Origin: an uncultured Candidatus Saccharibacteria bacterium
GTDB lineage: Bacteria > Patescibacteriota > Saccharimonadia > CAILAD01 > BJGX01
Assembly (NCBI GenBank): GCA_964552475.1
Contig: CAZKFZ010000002.1
Coordinates: 134,160-198,159 of the forward strand
DNA: 64,000 nucleotides
Direction: 5' to 3'
In this document: one piece after another, positions 38,568-48,755 of the stretch
How positions within the stretch are numbered: the stretch's first letter is position 1
Layout: every line of letters begins with the position of its first letter
Translations under genes and position numbers: made by a program
The notes under the pieces: model-generated
What the model saw: only the letters and a program-made list of their open reading frames with translations
Databases searched by the model: none
Told to the model about the DNA's origin: nothing

Positions 38568-39299
38568 TTATAGGTTGCTCATTATCTCGTCGCTAATATC
38601 GTAATTGGCAGTTACCGACACGACATCATCAAGATCGTCGAGCGCATCAATAAGCTTGAGTAATGTTTGGGCTTTTTTTTCATCATCTACCTTTATAGTT
38701 TGGCTAGCAATCATCTCTACATCGGCTGATTCTACTTGATCACCTAGCTTTTCTCGTACAGCCTCAAGCTCATTTGCAGGGGTATAAATAATTACTTGTT
38801 CGCCACTGTCGTCTACGTCGGCAGCACCAGCATCTATGGCGGCAAGTGACACTTCGTCTTTGTCTAAACCAGGCTTGCACACAATAACTCCTTTTTGTTC
38901 AAACAAGTAAGCCACTGAGCCGGGTGCGCCCAAGTTGCCGCCATACTTAGTAAAAGTAGACTTCACATCGGGGCCAGTTCTGTTGCGGTTATCCGTCAAG
39001 GCCCGTGCCATTATAGCTACACCAGCTGGGCCATAGCCTTCATAAGTTAGTTCCTCTAGGGCAGCACTTTCTCCAGTACCAGCGCCACGAGCTATTGAAC
39101 GCTCAATATTAGCAGCTGGCATATTGGCGGCTTTAGCTTTTTGTACAGCCAAGCGCAACTTAAAATTCATCGTCGGGTCGGCACCCTCACGAGCAGCAAT
39201 AGCTATCTCGTGGCCTAGTTTGGTAAATATCTTACCCCGCTTGGCATCGGCAGCTCCTTTTTTGTGTTTTATACTAGCCCATTTACTATGCCCCGACAT
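38568..39299 (-). CDS. yebC: YebC/PmpR family protein
   Basis: MSGHSKWASIKHKKG, YEGYGP.G, TDNRNRT. Confidence 0.96.
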   Translation of the reverse strand: MSGHSKWASIKHKKGAADAKRGKIFTKLGHEIAIAAREGADPTMNFKLRLAVQKAKAANMPAANIERSIARGAGTGESAALEELTYEGYGPAGVAIMARALTDNRNRTGPDVKSTFTKYGGNLGAPGSVAYLFEQKGVIVCKPGLDKDEVSLAAIDAGAADVDDSGEQVIIYTPANELEAVREKLGDQVESADVEMIASQTIKVDDEKKAQTLLKLIDALDDLDDVVSVTANYDISDEIMSNL

Positions 39300-40767
39300 C
39301 TTGCACTCCTTTTACTACCTTAGATTTGGTGTTATCTTCTTTGTTTATTTTATCACGATTCAAACCTGTAGGTGAAATTGTGCGTTCTCGACGCGCCAAT
39401 ATTGCAAACGTGATTATAAGGCTGTAGTAGGCTAAAACAAAACGAAGTGGTACATTTTTAAGTTCTACTGTTGAGAATTTTAATCTAGACAAATATGCTA
39501 GTAAATCAAAAATAGTACTTAGTATGTTGTGCACATATACACCAAACATGTTGTACGCGATATTTGGCAACAAAATACCTAGTATCGCTGCTATAAATCC
39601 AATAAGCATAAGTATAGGTATAAGTGGCATAATTATTAAGTTACTAATTGGTGCCATTAGGCTTATTTGGCCAAATTTGTATATCACAAGCCCAGCTGTA
39701 GCTATTTGAGCAGCAAGGGTAACCGATAGTATATCGTTAAGAAGTTTAGGTTTGGCAGGTAATATATATGATATCTTGGGTGAAAGGATAGTTATACCAA
39801 ATAAAGATAAAAAGGAAAGTTGCCAGCCAAGATCACTAAGTAGGCTTTGGGGCTGAGCCATAATCATTGTAGCTGCAGCAATAGACATACACACTAATAA
39901 ATTTAGTTTTTTTCCATAATAGTTCGCTACTAAAAATATTGCACTCATTATGCCGGCTCTTAGTATAGACGCACTTGCGCCAGATATTATTACAAACCCC
40001 AAAATTATCCACAGCGATCCAACTAAACTACCCCATCGCCAGTTTTTTGCAAACCGTCTGTTCAAAAACCCAACCAGTATGGTGAGATTATAACCAGAAA
40101 CTGCTACGATGTGCGTAAGACCAAGTGATGTGAGTATGTCGGTACATACTTTTGGAAGTGCGCTTCGGGCACCAATTAGTATGCCAGACATAAATGCAGC
40201 TGAATCGGGTGGTAATGTATTACTCAATCCTCTCAAAAATAGTGATTTTATTTTAATCTCAACTGGCTGATTTGTGTTTACAATTTCTACCTCGGCATAA
40301 CTTATGTAGCTATCTGCCTTACCCTGACCAACTTTTAGTTTTCCATCTACCTTAACAATTTGACCTTCTTTAGCTACACCTGTAATAGCTTTTATACGAA
40401 CTAGCCCGTTTACGAATTGATTATTAATATTAGCATTACTTATATAAAAAACGTAATTTTTGTACTCATCCCACCTTGGTTCACCCTCAACCCTACCAAC
40501 TATGGTGACTTTTTGATCTTGATAAATTAAAGCACTTGGTAATTGTTGGTGTAAAAATATGTCATATCGCCATATACCCAATATAAGCCCTAATCCCAAA
40601 AATAGAATGTAGCCAATTTTGCTTTTTACAATAAATAACAAGGCAATACTTGCCGCCAAAAATATCGCATATAAGTATGGTAGTATATCAAACTTATAAT
40701 TGGCTGCCAAAATTATGCCAATCAAGAAACTTGAGCCTAATACAACTATTTGTATGTTTCTGCGCAT
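39286..40767 (-). CDS. comEC: ComEC/Rec2 DNA uptake channel (no beta-lactamase domain)
   Basis: GLTHIVAVSGYN, ASILRAGIM, DLGWQLSF, many TM helices. Confidence 0.92.
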   Translation of the reverse strand: MRRNIQIVVLGSSFLIGIILAANYKFDILPYLYAIFLAASIALLFIVKSKIGYILFLGLGLILGIWRYDIFLHQQLPSALIYQDQKVTIVGRVEGEPRWDEYKNYVFYISNANINNQFVNGLVRIKAITGVAKEGQIVKVDGKLKVGQGKADSYISYAEVEIVNTNQPVEIKIKSLFLRGLSNTLPPDSAAFMSGILIGARSALPKVCTDILTSLGLTHIVAVSGYNLTILVGFLNRRFAKNWRWGSLVGSLWIILGFVIISGASASILRAGIMSAIFLVANYYGKKLNLLVCMSIAAATMIMAQPQSLLSDLGWQLSFLSLFGITILSPKISYILPAKPKLLNDILSVTLAAQIATAGLVIYKFGQISLMAPISNLIIMPLIPILMLIGFIAAILGILLPNIAYNMFGVYVHNILSTIFDLLAYLSRLKFSTVELKNVPLRFVLAYYSLIITFAILARRERTISPTGLNRDKINKEDNTKSKVVKGVQDVGA

Positions 40768-40836
40768 CTAATCACTATATGAGCTTGAGCTTTTTAACAC
40801 CAAGCTTGAGCAAAATAAAAAGCTAGAATATTGATT

Positions 40837-41337
40837 CTAGCTTGTGGTGGGTGGTCGCATCATTAAATTATGTAGGTACTGAAAGAGTTCTCTGTTCCAT
40901 TTTGCATCTTCTAGGGCGTTGTGATGTTGGCCCTTCTGAACAGGAATATTATTAAGTGTATAGCCTTGTGTATCAGCCTGCACCATTAGCTCCTGAAGTT
41001 CGTAGTGTCGCTTAGGCCAAGACCTTGGAAAGTTCAATATACTCTTAAATAACCAAGCAAATAACACCCAATCATATGCGCCGTTGTAGGCCCAAAACTC
41101 AGGTTCTCTGTCGTTTCCAATAAGCTTTCTTAGGCCAATTTGAATGTCTATTAGATCCATTTCGAAATGTCCTACATAGGGTGCAACATTTTGCATTACC
41201 CAATGACTAGCTTGAGTCCAGTCGACATCATCATTTTCGCCATAAAACTCTCTACCATCTTCAGAAACCATGCCAATACTAATAAGTTGAAGGCTAAATG
41301 GGCGATCAATAAACTCGGTATCAAAGAAGTATCTCAT
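40837..41337 (-). CDS. DEDDh 3'-5' exoribonuclease, RNase AS (Rv2179c)-like
   Basis: MRYFFDTEF, LISIG.V..DGREFY, WAYNGAYDWV, HNALEDAKW; GAGGTG SD. Confidence 0.85.
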   Translation of the reverse strand: MRYFFDTEFIDRPFSLQLISIGMVSEDGREFYGENDDVDWTQASHWVMQNVAPYVGHFEMDLIDIQIGLRKLIGNDREPEFWAYNGAYDWVLFAWLFKSILNFPRSWPKRHYELQELMVQADTQGYTLNNIPVQKGQHHNALEDAKWNRELFQYLHNLMMRPPTTS

Positions 41338-41426
41338 CTCCACCTCTTTTGTAGCAGGGTGCAAAACCAATTTTATATTAATATATAACAATCTATAACA
41401 AAAGCTTAACTACTTTTGAAAATAAA

Positions 41427-41569
41427 GACAGTGGCTATCGCATTCTACGCTTCGATAGTGCTCGAAACTAGTTTCTGGGCGCTACCTTAATACGCCGCCC
41501 TCACTTCGTGATTTAAATTCTTACAGAATCTCGCCAAAAACAAAACCCCGGCAAGCGGGGCACTGTTTT
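41427..41569 (-). repeat. tRNA-linked module D (distal tandem copy; tRNA-end copy largely lost)
   Basis: GACAGTGGCTATCGCATTCTACGCTT...TAGTGCTCGAAACTAGTTTCTG...TACGCCGCCCTCA aligns with module B. Confidence 0.8.
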
Positions 41570-41732
41570 TGGTGGGTCCGGTGAGACGATTGCTCTAAGG
41601 CAACCTTCGTACAGTGCTCGACCAAATCTCAAATAAATTTGTTTTTGGTTCTGTGCGCTGTACTCCACCGAACTACGTTCGAGCCAACAAATCTAGCATA
41701 ATAAAAGCTCCACAAATGTGGAGCTTTTATTA
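41570..41732 (-). repeat. tRNA-linked module C (163 bp) ending in an exact 18-bp copy of the tRNA-Lys(TTT) 3' end
   Basis: 41570-41587 identical to 41733-41750; shares AATAAATTTGTTTTTG and CACCGAAC with module A; inverted repeat 41697-41734. Confidence 0.85.
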
Positions 41733-41809
41733 TGGTGGGTCCGGTGAGACTCGAACTCACGACACCCTGCTTAAAAGGCAGGTGCTCTAACCAACTGAGC
41801 TACGGACCC
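41733..41809 (-). tRNA. tRNA-Lys(TTT)
   Basis: GGGTCCG stem, CCTGC-CT TTT AA-GCAGG, GTTCGAGTC, CCA. Confidence 0.96.
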
Positions 41810-41873
41810 TTGTTGTATAAAATATGTATTCTTATGTATTACCTATATATTTAACCTGATTTTATCAAAAATT

Positions 41874-43049
41874 TCAAGTTTCGAGTCTAAATTGACGCTC
41901 TCTGTTAGCTTTTCCGGCATCTTTTGCTGAGTTAGCCAATAACTCGCCCATACTACTTCTGTGCACATCGGCTAAATATTCAGCTCCGGCTTGTCTAGCC
42001 TCGTCGTAAGATGGTGGTAGTGGATATCGAACATTCAATTCTATGAGATACCATTTATTGCCATCGTATGCTACATCGATAGCGCCATGTAGATACTTAA
42101 CATCACCATACTCCAACATGCCTGCAACAACTTCTTTAGCCATAGCATCAAGATCGGGAGGTAGTCCTTGTTCAATATCCATCAGTAGCCACTCGTCTTC
42201 GTGGGTCGATTTATTCCTAACAAACGTATCTGTTTTTTCTTTTGGATAAAAAACTCTTGCAAAAGGAATTATTCGTTGTTGGTCTTCTCTAGTAGCATCC
42301 CAGTAAATCATTAGTCTTACTTCTTTAGGGTTGTGAATTCCTAGCTCGTACGGTTTTTGGCAAGATTCTATAATATGTATACCCCTTGGAAATGGCTTAC
42401 TTGTATCAACCATTTCTTGCATAACATACCCTGCACTTGTATCTAGTCTGATTTTTACACCAACTTCTCCCTGACCTACTAAATATAGTCCAGATTCATC
42501 TTGTGTAACTTGAAACTTCTCGCTATCGAATAGGTCTTTTTTTCTAGCTATTAATAAGTCTTTACTATCCCGGCCTTTGGCGGGCTTAATTACTACGGTG
42601 TCGGTTGCTATCTCACCAACTTGATCATAAAATCTCTCAGGATCTAGAACTAAAGTTAATGGTTGGTGATCTATAAATAGTTTGGCTACTCTATCTTTTT
42701 CGGAGAGTTCGCGAACTTTTTGAGTGTTTAGAACTACCGCGCCGGCTTGTTCGGCGCCAATACCAAGATCTGGCCCGTAACGACGTATAGAAGTGTTTCC
42801 TATTTCAATAGGTTCGTCGTATGGAACTGTCTTAAGGTGTCGTTGACCATCCTCGGTGGTCTCAACTAACCGATCTGGTAAAACAGTTTCATCATCAAAA
42901 TTAAACCGTTCCAAACCACGTACCACTACTGGCTCTACGCCATTTTCACGGATATAGTCTATGAGTTTTCGGCGTGGTTCTTTACTTAAGGTTTTGTCTG
43001 ATGCCTTACCCTCTCTAAAGTACAAAATACTATGTGGACCACCCTCCAT
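41874..43049 (-). CDS. Divergent ATP-grasp fold protein
   Basis: VVIKPAKGRDSK, YVMQEMV, EVRL, GAIDV...YLIELN. Confidence 0.7.
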   Translation of the reverse strand: MEGGPHSILYFREGKASDKTLSKEPRRKLIDYIRENGVEPVVVRGLERFNFDDETVLPDRLVETTEDGQRHLKTVPYDEPIEIGNTSIRRYGPDLGIGAEQAGAVVLNTQKVRELSEKDRVAKLFIDHQPLTLVLDPERFYDQVGEIATDTVVIKPAKGRDSKDLLIARKKDLFDSEKFQVTQDESGLYLVGQGEVGVKIRLDTSAGYVMQEMVDTSKPFPRGIHIIESCQKPYELGIHNPKEVRLMIYWDATREDQQRIIPFARVFYPKEKTDTFVRNKSTHEDEWLLMDIEQGLPPDLDAMAKEVVAGMLEYGDVKYLHGAIDVAYDGNKWYLIELNVRYPLPPSYDEARQAGAEYLADVHRSSMGELLANSAKDAGKANRERQFRLET

Positions 43050-43054
43050 TACAC

Positions 43055-43960
43055 TTAAGCTCCTATTCTATCTTTGCGCCTCTTGCCTTGAGCTTTTTGC
43101 ACCACGTATTCAATTATCTCTCCTGCTATATCTTCACCGGTTTGAGCTTCAATACCTTCTAAACCAGGGCTGGAATTTACCTCTAAGACCAGCGGGCCTC
43201 GCTTAGAGCGAATAATATCTACCCCTGCTATTGGTAGCCCAAGTGTACGTGCTGCCTTTAGGGCTATATTTGTTTCTTTCTTAGTAAGTTCTACCGGCAT
43301 AGAAGTGCCTCCACGGTGCAGATTACTTCTAAATTCGCCTTCTTGCCCCTTGCGCATCATTGCACCCACTACCCTATCACCTACTACTATCACTCTTATG
43401 TCGGCACCATGAGCTTCTTCAATAAACTCTTGGATTAGTATGTTGGCACCAAGCCCATAGAACGCCTCAATAACTGACTTGGCGGCCTTGCGTGTCTCAG
43501 CCAAAACCACACCAATACCTTGCGTACCCTCAAGTAGTTTAATAACGACCGGTGCGCCACCTACCAAATCTATTAATTCATCGGTGTCTTGCGACTGACG
43601 AGCAAAGGCTGTTTTTGGTATACCAACTCCAGAACGAGCAAGTAGTTGCAAGCTACGCAATTTATCACGTGAGCGCACGAGGGCAAGGGATGATACAGAT
43701 GTGTAGGCACGCATCATTTCAAATTGTCGCAGTACTGCACTACCAAAGGATGTTACCGAAGGGCCAATACGGGGTATTACTACATCGATATCTTCAAGCC
43801 GTTCGCCGTCGTAAACAATACCAGATTTGTTTCGCTCAATATCTACGTAGCATTTGGCATGATTTATAATAATAGCTTCATGACCACGTTTTTTGGCAGC
43901 TTCAACAAAGCGCTGAGGCGAATAAAGTTTTGGACTTCTTGAGAGTATAACAATTTTCAT
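43055..43960 (-). CDS. rimK: RimK alpha-L-glutamate ligase
   Basis: MKIVILSR...[44 protein letters not shown]. Confidence 0.95.
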   Translation of the reverse strand: MKIVILSRSPKLYSPQRFVEAAKKRGHEAIIINHAKCYVDIERNKSGIVYDGERLEDIDVVIPRIGPSVTSFGSAVLRQFEMMRAYTSVSSLALVRSRDKLRSLQLLARSGVGIPKTAFARQSQDTDELIDLVGGAPVVIKLLEGTQGIGVVLAETRKAAKSVIEAFYGLGANILIQEFIEEAHGADIRVIVVGDRVVGAMMRKGQEGEFRSNLHRGGTSMPVELTKKETNIALKAARTLGLPIAGVDIIRSKRGPLVLEVNSSPGLEGIEAQTGEDIAGEIIEYVVQKAQGKRRKDRIGA

Positions 43961-43978
43961 ATTCTTCTACCGTACCAT

Positions 43979-45310
43979 TTATCTTATAGGTTTATCAACA
44001 TCAACTACAAAACGACGGCGCAGTGCAAATCTCCCCAACAACACAGGTCGTGGCATTACACTACGATCGGTTAGGCTAAATCGTGTTTTTATAGTTTTTC
44101 CGTTAATACTCACATTTAGCCATATCAAAAATCTTGATTGTTTTTGACCAAATGAGTTGTATACTTCAATAGATTCGTATTCTTGAGTGCAGATTGGGTC
44201 TGGCAAAAAATCCTTGTGTGATTCATCTAAAGGATAAAAACATAGCATGGGTTTGTCGCCACCCCTGTCTTTTACCTCTATCTTACTCACGTGCAAAACA
44301 CTGTAGTATGCACCAGTATCAACTTTGGCTTTTACGTCTAGTAGTCCTAGTTTGGGAAAGTCTACTCTTAGTTTTGCCGGTATAAGTTCTTTAGCTTTAT
44401 GCTTTTTATTGGCCGACTCTTCTATAAACTCTGCAAAAGCTTGCATTTTATCTTCTTTAAAAGCTCCAGAGTTTATTTGTGGTGCATAGTTAACTTCTAA
44501 AATAGAGTGCTTTTTAGTTTTTAAATTTACAATTACGTCAACTCCAGCAATTTGCCGGTAGGTAGATTGAGTGGCATGAATAGCATCTTTTAAGAGTCTT
44601 TTGGGGAGTGAATCTGGACGTACCAACAGTACATTGGCGCCTTGTGAAGAATTATTTAAGTGACTTTTTTCACTTGTTCTTTTTCTATGTATAACAGTCC
44701 TAACTTGATCACCAAAAACAACCACTCTATAGTCGCCTTCATTAGGTATGAAATTTTGCACTAGCCATTGCTCGTTTGGTTTTTCTACTTGTATTTTTCT
44801 GAGTTCAGAAATAGTGTATACTAAATGATTATTTTTGCCCTTAGAACCCTCCCAAGATTTAATTACCAGTGGAAACTTAAAATCTTTAGAGTTACTAAGA
44901 CTATCAGCTAAATGTTTGCCAGAAAAAATGGTATCTGGTACGGGCAGGCCATCAGACCAAAGTTTGAAATATTCAGCTGCCTTACCGCGTGCTCGAAAAT
45001 TAAGCATCTCGGTGTCAAAAAAAGGTATCTCGTGTTTTTGTAAATACAGTGCACAAGCAGTGGCTTCTTCTGGGCATCCTATCCAGAATCTAAAAATAAC
45101 TGCATTATATTTTTTTAGATCTTTATTGTTTTTAATATCTTGTATAGATGCTATATTGTTTTTTATCTTAAAAACCAAATCTTTATAAAAAGAATAATAT
45201 ACATCTAGGTTTGGTGCACTTTCTTGAAGAGCCTCTGCAATACTATGTGGGCTTTTCTCAGGTTTCTTGGGGTTTTCACCCACAAATAGTATTAGAATCT
45301 TCTTTTTCAT
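43979..45310 (-). CDS. RimK-like ATP-grasp ligase fused to a RimB-like (retropepsin-fold) protease
   Basis: FPLVIK, QNFIP..GDYRV, GVDV, LEVNYAP; C-terminal AKVDTGAYYS..H, DRS.M..PVLLGR. Confidence 0.88.
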   Translation of the reverse strand: MKKKILILFVGENPKKPEKSPHSIAEALQESAPNLDVYYSFYKDLVFKIKNNIASIQDIKNNKDLKKYNAVIFRFWIGCPEEATACALYLQKHEIPFFDTEMLNFRARGKAAEYFKLWSDGLPVPDTIFSGKHLADSLSNSKDFKFPLVIKSWEGSKGKNNHLVYTISELRKIQVEKPNEQWLVQNFIPNEGDYRVVVFGDQVRTVIHRKRTSEKSHLNNSSQGANVLLVRPDSLPKRLLKDAIHATQSTYRQIAGVDVIVNLKTKKHSILEVNYAPQINSGAFKEDKMQAFAEFIEESANKKHKAKELIPAKLRVDFPKLGLLDVKAKVDTGAYYSVLHVSKIEVKDRGGDKPMLCFYPLDESHKDFLPDPICTQEYESIEVYNSFGQKQSRFLIWLNVSINGKTIKTRFSLTDRSVMPRPVLLGRFALRRRFVVDVDKPIR

Positions 45311-45323
45311 ATATTAACACTCC

Positions 45324-46235
45324 TTACATACTAGCTAAAACTTTGGTTAGAGACTCTAGTTTTTCATCTACAAACTGGCCAGTCTCTAGCTGGGGAAGGT
45401 TATTTACTTCTAGTATTATGTGTTCGCCTGTATCGGTATTTACCACAAAGTCTACTCCAGTAATTTCTCGATTAAATAACTTAGCTGCTACGATAGCACT
45501 TTTTTGGTCGGTTGGCGAGAGAACAGATGTTTCTACCAGGCTGGCCTTTGCGCCCTGAGATGTGTTATTTAGATGGGTATCATCATTTTGTCGAGCACGC
45601 TTCATCACTAATTCCACTTTTTTATCAAAAACTAGAACTCTATAGTCGAAAGTATTTGGAATAAACTCTTGAGCAATAAATTTTATTTCTGGATTAGCAC
45701 TAGTAACAGCCAATACTTCTTTGTCATTTTTAGCTAGGTGATTATGACTACCACGACGGCCGTAAATGTCTTTTATTATTATTGGATAATTAAAACTTCG
45801 TTTCTCGTTCGCCATAAACTCAACAATGTGTGCGCCAGATCCAAAAAAACTTTTTGGAACTCTCAAGCCTGCGTAAGCCATTATGACATACTGAGAAAGC
45901 TTGCTATGCGATCTATAATTGAGCACCTCTGAATTCACAAACTTAACCTTGTTGTGATATAAGTAATGGGCAATGGCTTTTGCACGTTCGCCATTTGATA
46001 CCCAGTTTCTAAAAAATACTAGATCAAAACTCTTAAGCTCTTCACCTGTAGTATTGTCGCGCATAACCACGCCATTTTCATCTATACTTACAGTAATGTT
46101 TTCAAAGTAGACCAAAGTAGTGTTCATATCGTACTTTTTAGCATAACTTTTTATTTTTTTAACCAGCAAAGCCGCAGAATCAAACCTGTTTACAATATCT
46201 GGGTCATTGCCAATTATTAATACATTTTTTGCCAC
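45324..46235 (-). CDS. RimK-like ATP-grasp ligase
   Basis: YPIIIKDIYGRRG, QEFIP..FDYRV, HLNNTSQGA, GVDF, LEVNNLP. Confidence 0.88.
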   Translation of the reverse strand: MAKNVLIIGNDPDIVNRFDSAALLVKKIKSYAKKYDMNTTLVYFENITVSIDENGVVMRDNTTGEELKSFDLVFFRNWVSNGERAKAIAHYLYHNKVKFVNSEVLNYRSHSKLSQYVIMAYAGLRVPKSFFGSGAHIVEFMANEKRSFNYPIIIKDIYGRRGSHNHLAKNDKEVLAVTSANPEIKFIAQEFIPNTFDYRVLVFDKKVELVMKRARQNDDTHLNNTSQGAKASLVETSVLSPTDQKSAIVAAKLFNREITGVDFVVNTDTGEHIILEVNNLPQLETGQFVDEKLESLTKVLASM

Positions 46236-46310
46236 TTCTTTACTTCCTTTCGTAATCTGAAGATTCTACCATTTATTGGTATTATAATCAAGACTTTTAT
46301 TATTTACTTG

Positions 46311-46808
46311 TTACTTCTTTTTGTCTTCTTCGCGTTTATTTGGAATAAATTGAATAACTATCAACCAAATAGTAAGTGTAGCCATAAAATAGATACGCAA
46401 GTTAAATATCCAGGCAGCTAAGTTGAAATCAGTAACTAATGCTTCTTGGGTAGATGATGGTAGTAGGTTTATTCCAAATGACACGATAAAGAGAGCCGTT
46501 AACACCCCAAGGGCAATTGAACGAATCTTATCATTAGCTTTTTTTTGAGCAACAAGGGCACCAAGGTAAAGCGCCCCACAAATCAAACCTATAAAAATAA
46601 ACTTGGCAATTTCTATCTTTATACCAGCCTTAGAAGATAAGCCATTCATAAATGTCTCTGAACTCATTTGCACAATAAAAAATCCTATGAATGCTCCATA
46701 ACTAATAGTTTTTAGTCTATTCTCGCCAAACATAAAGCCCAACAAGCTTAATCCTGCCAGAAGCGAAAAGAGTATTAAGTTGAAGGTCATTTGGGGAATA
46801 TGATACAT
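46311..46808 (-). CDS. Hypothetical multi-pass membrane protein
   Basis: About five hydrophobic segments. Confidence 0.7.
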   Translation of the reverse strand: MYHIPQMTFNLILFSLLAGLSLLGFMFGENRLKTISYGAFIGFFIVQMSSETFMNGLSSKAGIKIEIAKFIFIGLICGALYLGALVAQKKANDKIRSIALGVLTALFIVSFGINLLPSSTQEALVTDFNLAAWIFNLRIYFMATLTIWLIVIQFIPNKREEDKKK

Positions 46809-46878
46809 CTTATGCTCTAGTATACTCTTTGAGGTATATATACAGCAATATTAATGAGATAAACTAAGAACACCTATA

Positions 46879-47790
46879 CTACCAAAAGTGTTTTTTATTT
46901 GATGCCTTTCGGTACTCCTCTAGAGCCTTGCGTTGTTTGGCATTGAGTTTCTTTGGCACTTCTACGTGTATAAGTATAAGATGATCGCCCCGGCGGTCTG
47001 TGCCAACAAATGGTAACCCCTTACCAGATAGCTTTACAATTTTGTTTGGTTGAGATCCAGCAGGTATTTTGACAGTTACTTTTCCTTTTAGAGTTTCTAT
47101 CTCTTTTTCGGCACCAAGTGCTGCATCAGCAATATCTAGGGTGATTTCAGATATTAGGTTTGCACCTTCACGCCTTAAGTGCTTATGCGGACGAACTCTT
47201 ATATGCACATATAGATCGCCACGTTGACCTTGAGAATTTACCTCACCTTTACCAGCCATCTTTATGCTTTGGCCATCATCTATACCGGCCGGTATTTTTA
47301 CCTTTACTTCTTCTTGATTTCTAGTGTTTTTTTGCTGATCGGCAACTCGCAAACTTAGCTCTTTGGTAGTGCCTTCTGCGGCCTCCATAAAATCGATTGT
47401 AAGGGCAATTTCTACATCGCGAGTTTGGTTTTGTGCACCTCTAAAAAACATTTCAAAAATATCACCCATACCTCCGCCACCAAAACCAGAAAAATCAAAT
47501 TGCACTCCATCACCAAACGGATTACCACCGCCAAAGGGGTTACCACCTCCAGCCGCCCCACTGCCGGCTTGGTCGGCACCGGCTGCGTGTCCAAACTGAT
47601 CGTAGGCCGCCTTTTTTTGATCATTACTTAGTACCTCATAGGCCTCGTTAAGTTCTTTAAACTTTGCCTCGTCACCAGTTTCTTTGTCGGGGTGAAGCTT
47701 AATAGCTTGTTTTCGAAAAGCTTTTTTTATTTCATCAGCGCTAGCGTTTTTGTCTACGCCAAGCACCTCGTAATAATCGCGTTTGTTCAT
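46879..47790 (-). CDS. dnaJ: DnaJ lacking the zinc finger (class B architecture)
   Basis: J-domain with HPD, G/F region, C-terminal domain KIPAG; no CxxCxGxG repeats. Confidence 0.92.
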   Translation of the reverse strand: MNKRDYYEVLGVDKNASADEIKKAFRKQAIKLHPDKETGDEAKFKELNEAYEVLSNDQKKAAYDQFGHAAGADQAGSGAAGGGNPFGGGNPFGDGVQFDFSGFGGGGMGDIFEMFFRGAQNQTRDVEIALTIDFMEAAEGTTKELSLRVADQQKNTRNQEEVKVKIPAGIDDGQSIKMAGKGEVNSQGQRGDLYVHIRVRPHKHLRREGANLISEITLDIADAALGAEKEIETLKGKVTVKIPAGSQPNKIVKLSGKGLPFVGTDRRGDHLILIHVEVPKKLNAKQRKALEEYRKASNKKHFW

Positions 47791-47791
47791 T

Positions 47792-48406
47792 TTAGCTATT
47801 CACTTTCTTAAAACACTCTATGATGTCTTGCTTGTTAAACGTAATGGTTTCGTTGGCGTGAGCAACAATTGCTTTATTAAGCGACTTTTCGTTACCAATG
47901 TAGGTAATCTTGTGGCCTTTTTGGGCCACAACTCTTAGCGCCGGTATAATATCAGAGTCTGATGTAGCAACTATAAAATGCATATTGGAATTATCATAGG
48001 CTGCTACAATCATATCTACTGCAATTGTTACATCTACGCCTTTTTCTTGAAATATTACCTCGCCGTTTTTTTTACGGGCCTTGAGATTACCAGCAATAAT
48101 ATATTCTACACCCTGCTTGGCGAGCCATGCACCCCACATACGTTTTTGGTCTACCATCTTTTGTGAGGCCTCATGAGCTATCTCGCCCATATCGGTAATA
48201 AGATGTAGTTTGGTGCCGTAATAGCGCACGTTTATGGGTCGCACATTGTCTTTAGTGGCCGACATAAACAGCGATATAATATCAAACTTGGCCAGCTCAG
48301 CCCGTTCTGTTATAAGCTTGGCGTGCACCAAAACGTCTACTATCTGATATAGGAAGTTCTCGCCGTCTATGTAGATTGTAGCAGGAGACTGAGCTGTTTT
48401 TTTCAT
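47792..48406 (-). CDS. NYN (LabA-like PIN) domain protein
   Basis: [28 protein letters not shown]. Confidence 0.9.
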   Translation of the reverse strand: MKKTAQSPATIYIDGENFLYQIVDVLVHAKLITERAELAKFDIISLFMSATKDNVRPINVRYYGTKLHLITDMGEIAHEASQKMVDQKRMWGAWLAKQGVEYIIAGNLKARKKNGEVIFQEKGVDVTIAVDMIVAAYDNSNMHFIVATSDSDIIPALRVVAQKGHKITYIGNEKSLNKAIVAHANETITFNKQDIIECFKKVNS

Positions 48407-48750
48407 ACAAGAATTATCTCATGTTTAAACCATTTTTCTTGAAAATCTAACTGTTTTTCAATTTCTTCTTTTGTTAACATACTGCCGTCGGTTGCAATTA
48501 GCTTATCCTCATTGTCATTAAAGCGATGAACATAGCCTATGCATGTAGCTTCAATTCCTTTGAGAGGTTTTTTAGACGACAAATAATATACATCTATCGG
48601 CATACCATCACCAGCCTTGGTGCCAGGCACAAACCCGTAATTGACAGGGTAGATATCGTCAAATTTGGGATGTTTTGTGCCAAGTGGCCGGTCGAATTTA
48701 ATCTGAATAGTTTTACCCAGAAAATCCTTACCTTGGCTAACCTTTGACAT
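48403..48750 (-). CDS. Short inorganic pyrophosphatase-like protein
   Basis: DRPLGTKHP, YPVNYGFVPGT.AGDGMPIDVY, EDKLI, FQEKWF. Confidence 0.85.
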   Translation of the reverse strand: MSKVSQGKDFLGKTIQIKFDRPLGTKHPKFDDIYPVNYGFVPGTKAGDGMPIDVYYLSSKKPLKGIEATCIGYVHRFNDNEDKLIATDGSMLTKEEIEKQLDFQEKWFKHEIILV

Positions 48751-48755
48751 TACAA

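Noticed and set aside
23101-41750. CRISPR array or integron attC interpretation of the repeats
   Set aside because: No run of identical repeats with unique spacers, no cas or intI gene, no RYYYAAC/GTTRRRY ends
41874-46808. Graspetide RiPP cluster
   Set aside because: No precursor peptide or transporter evident; motifs fit RimK/RimB better
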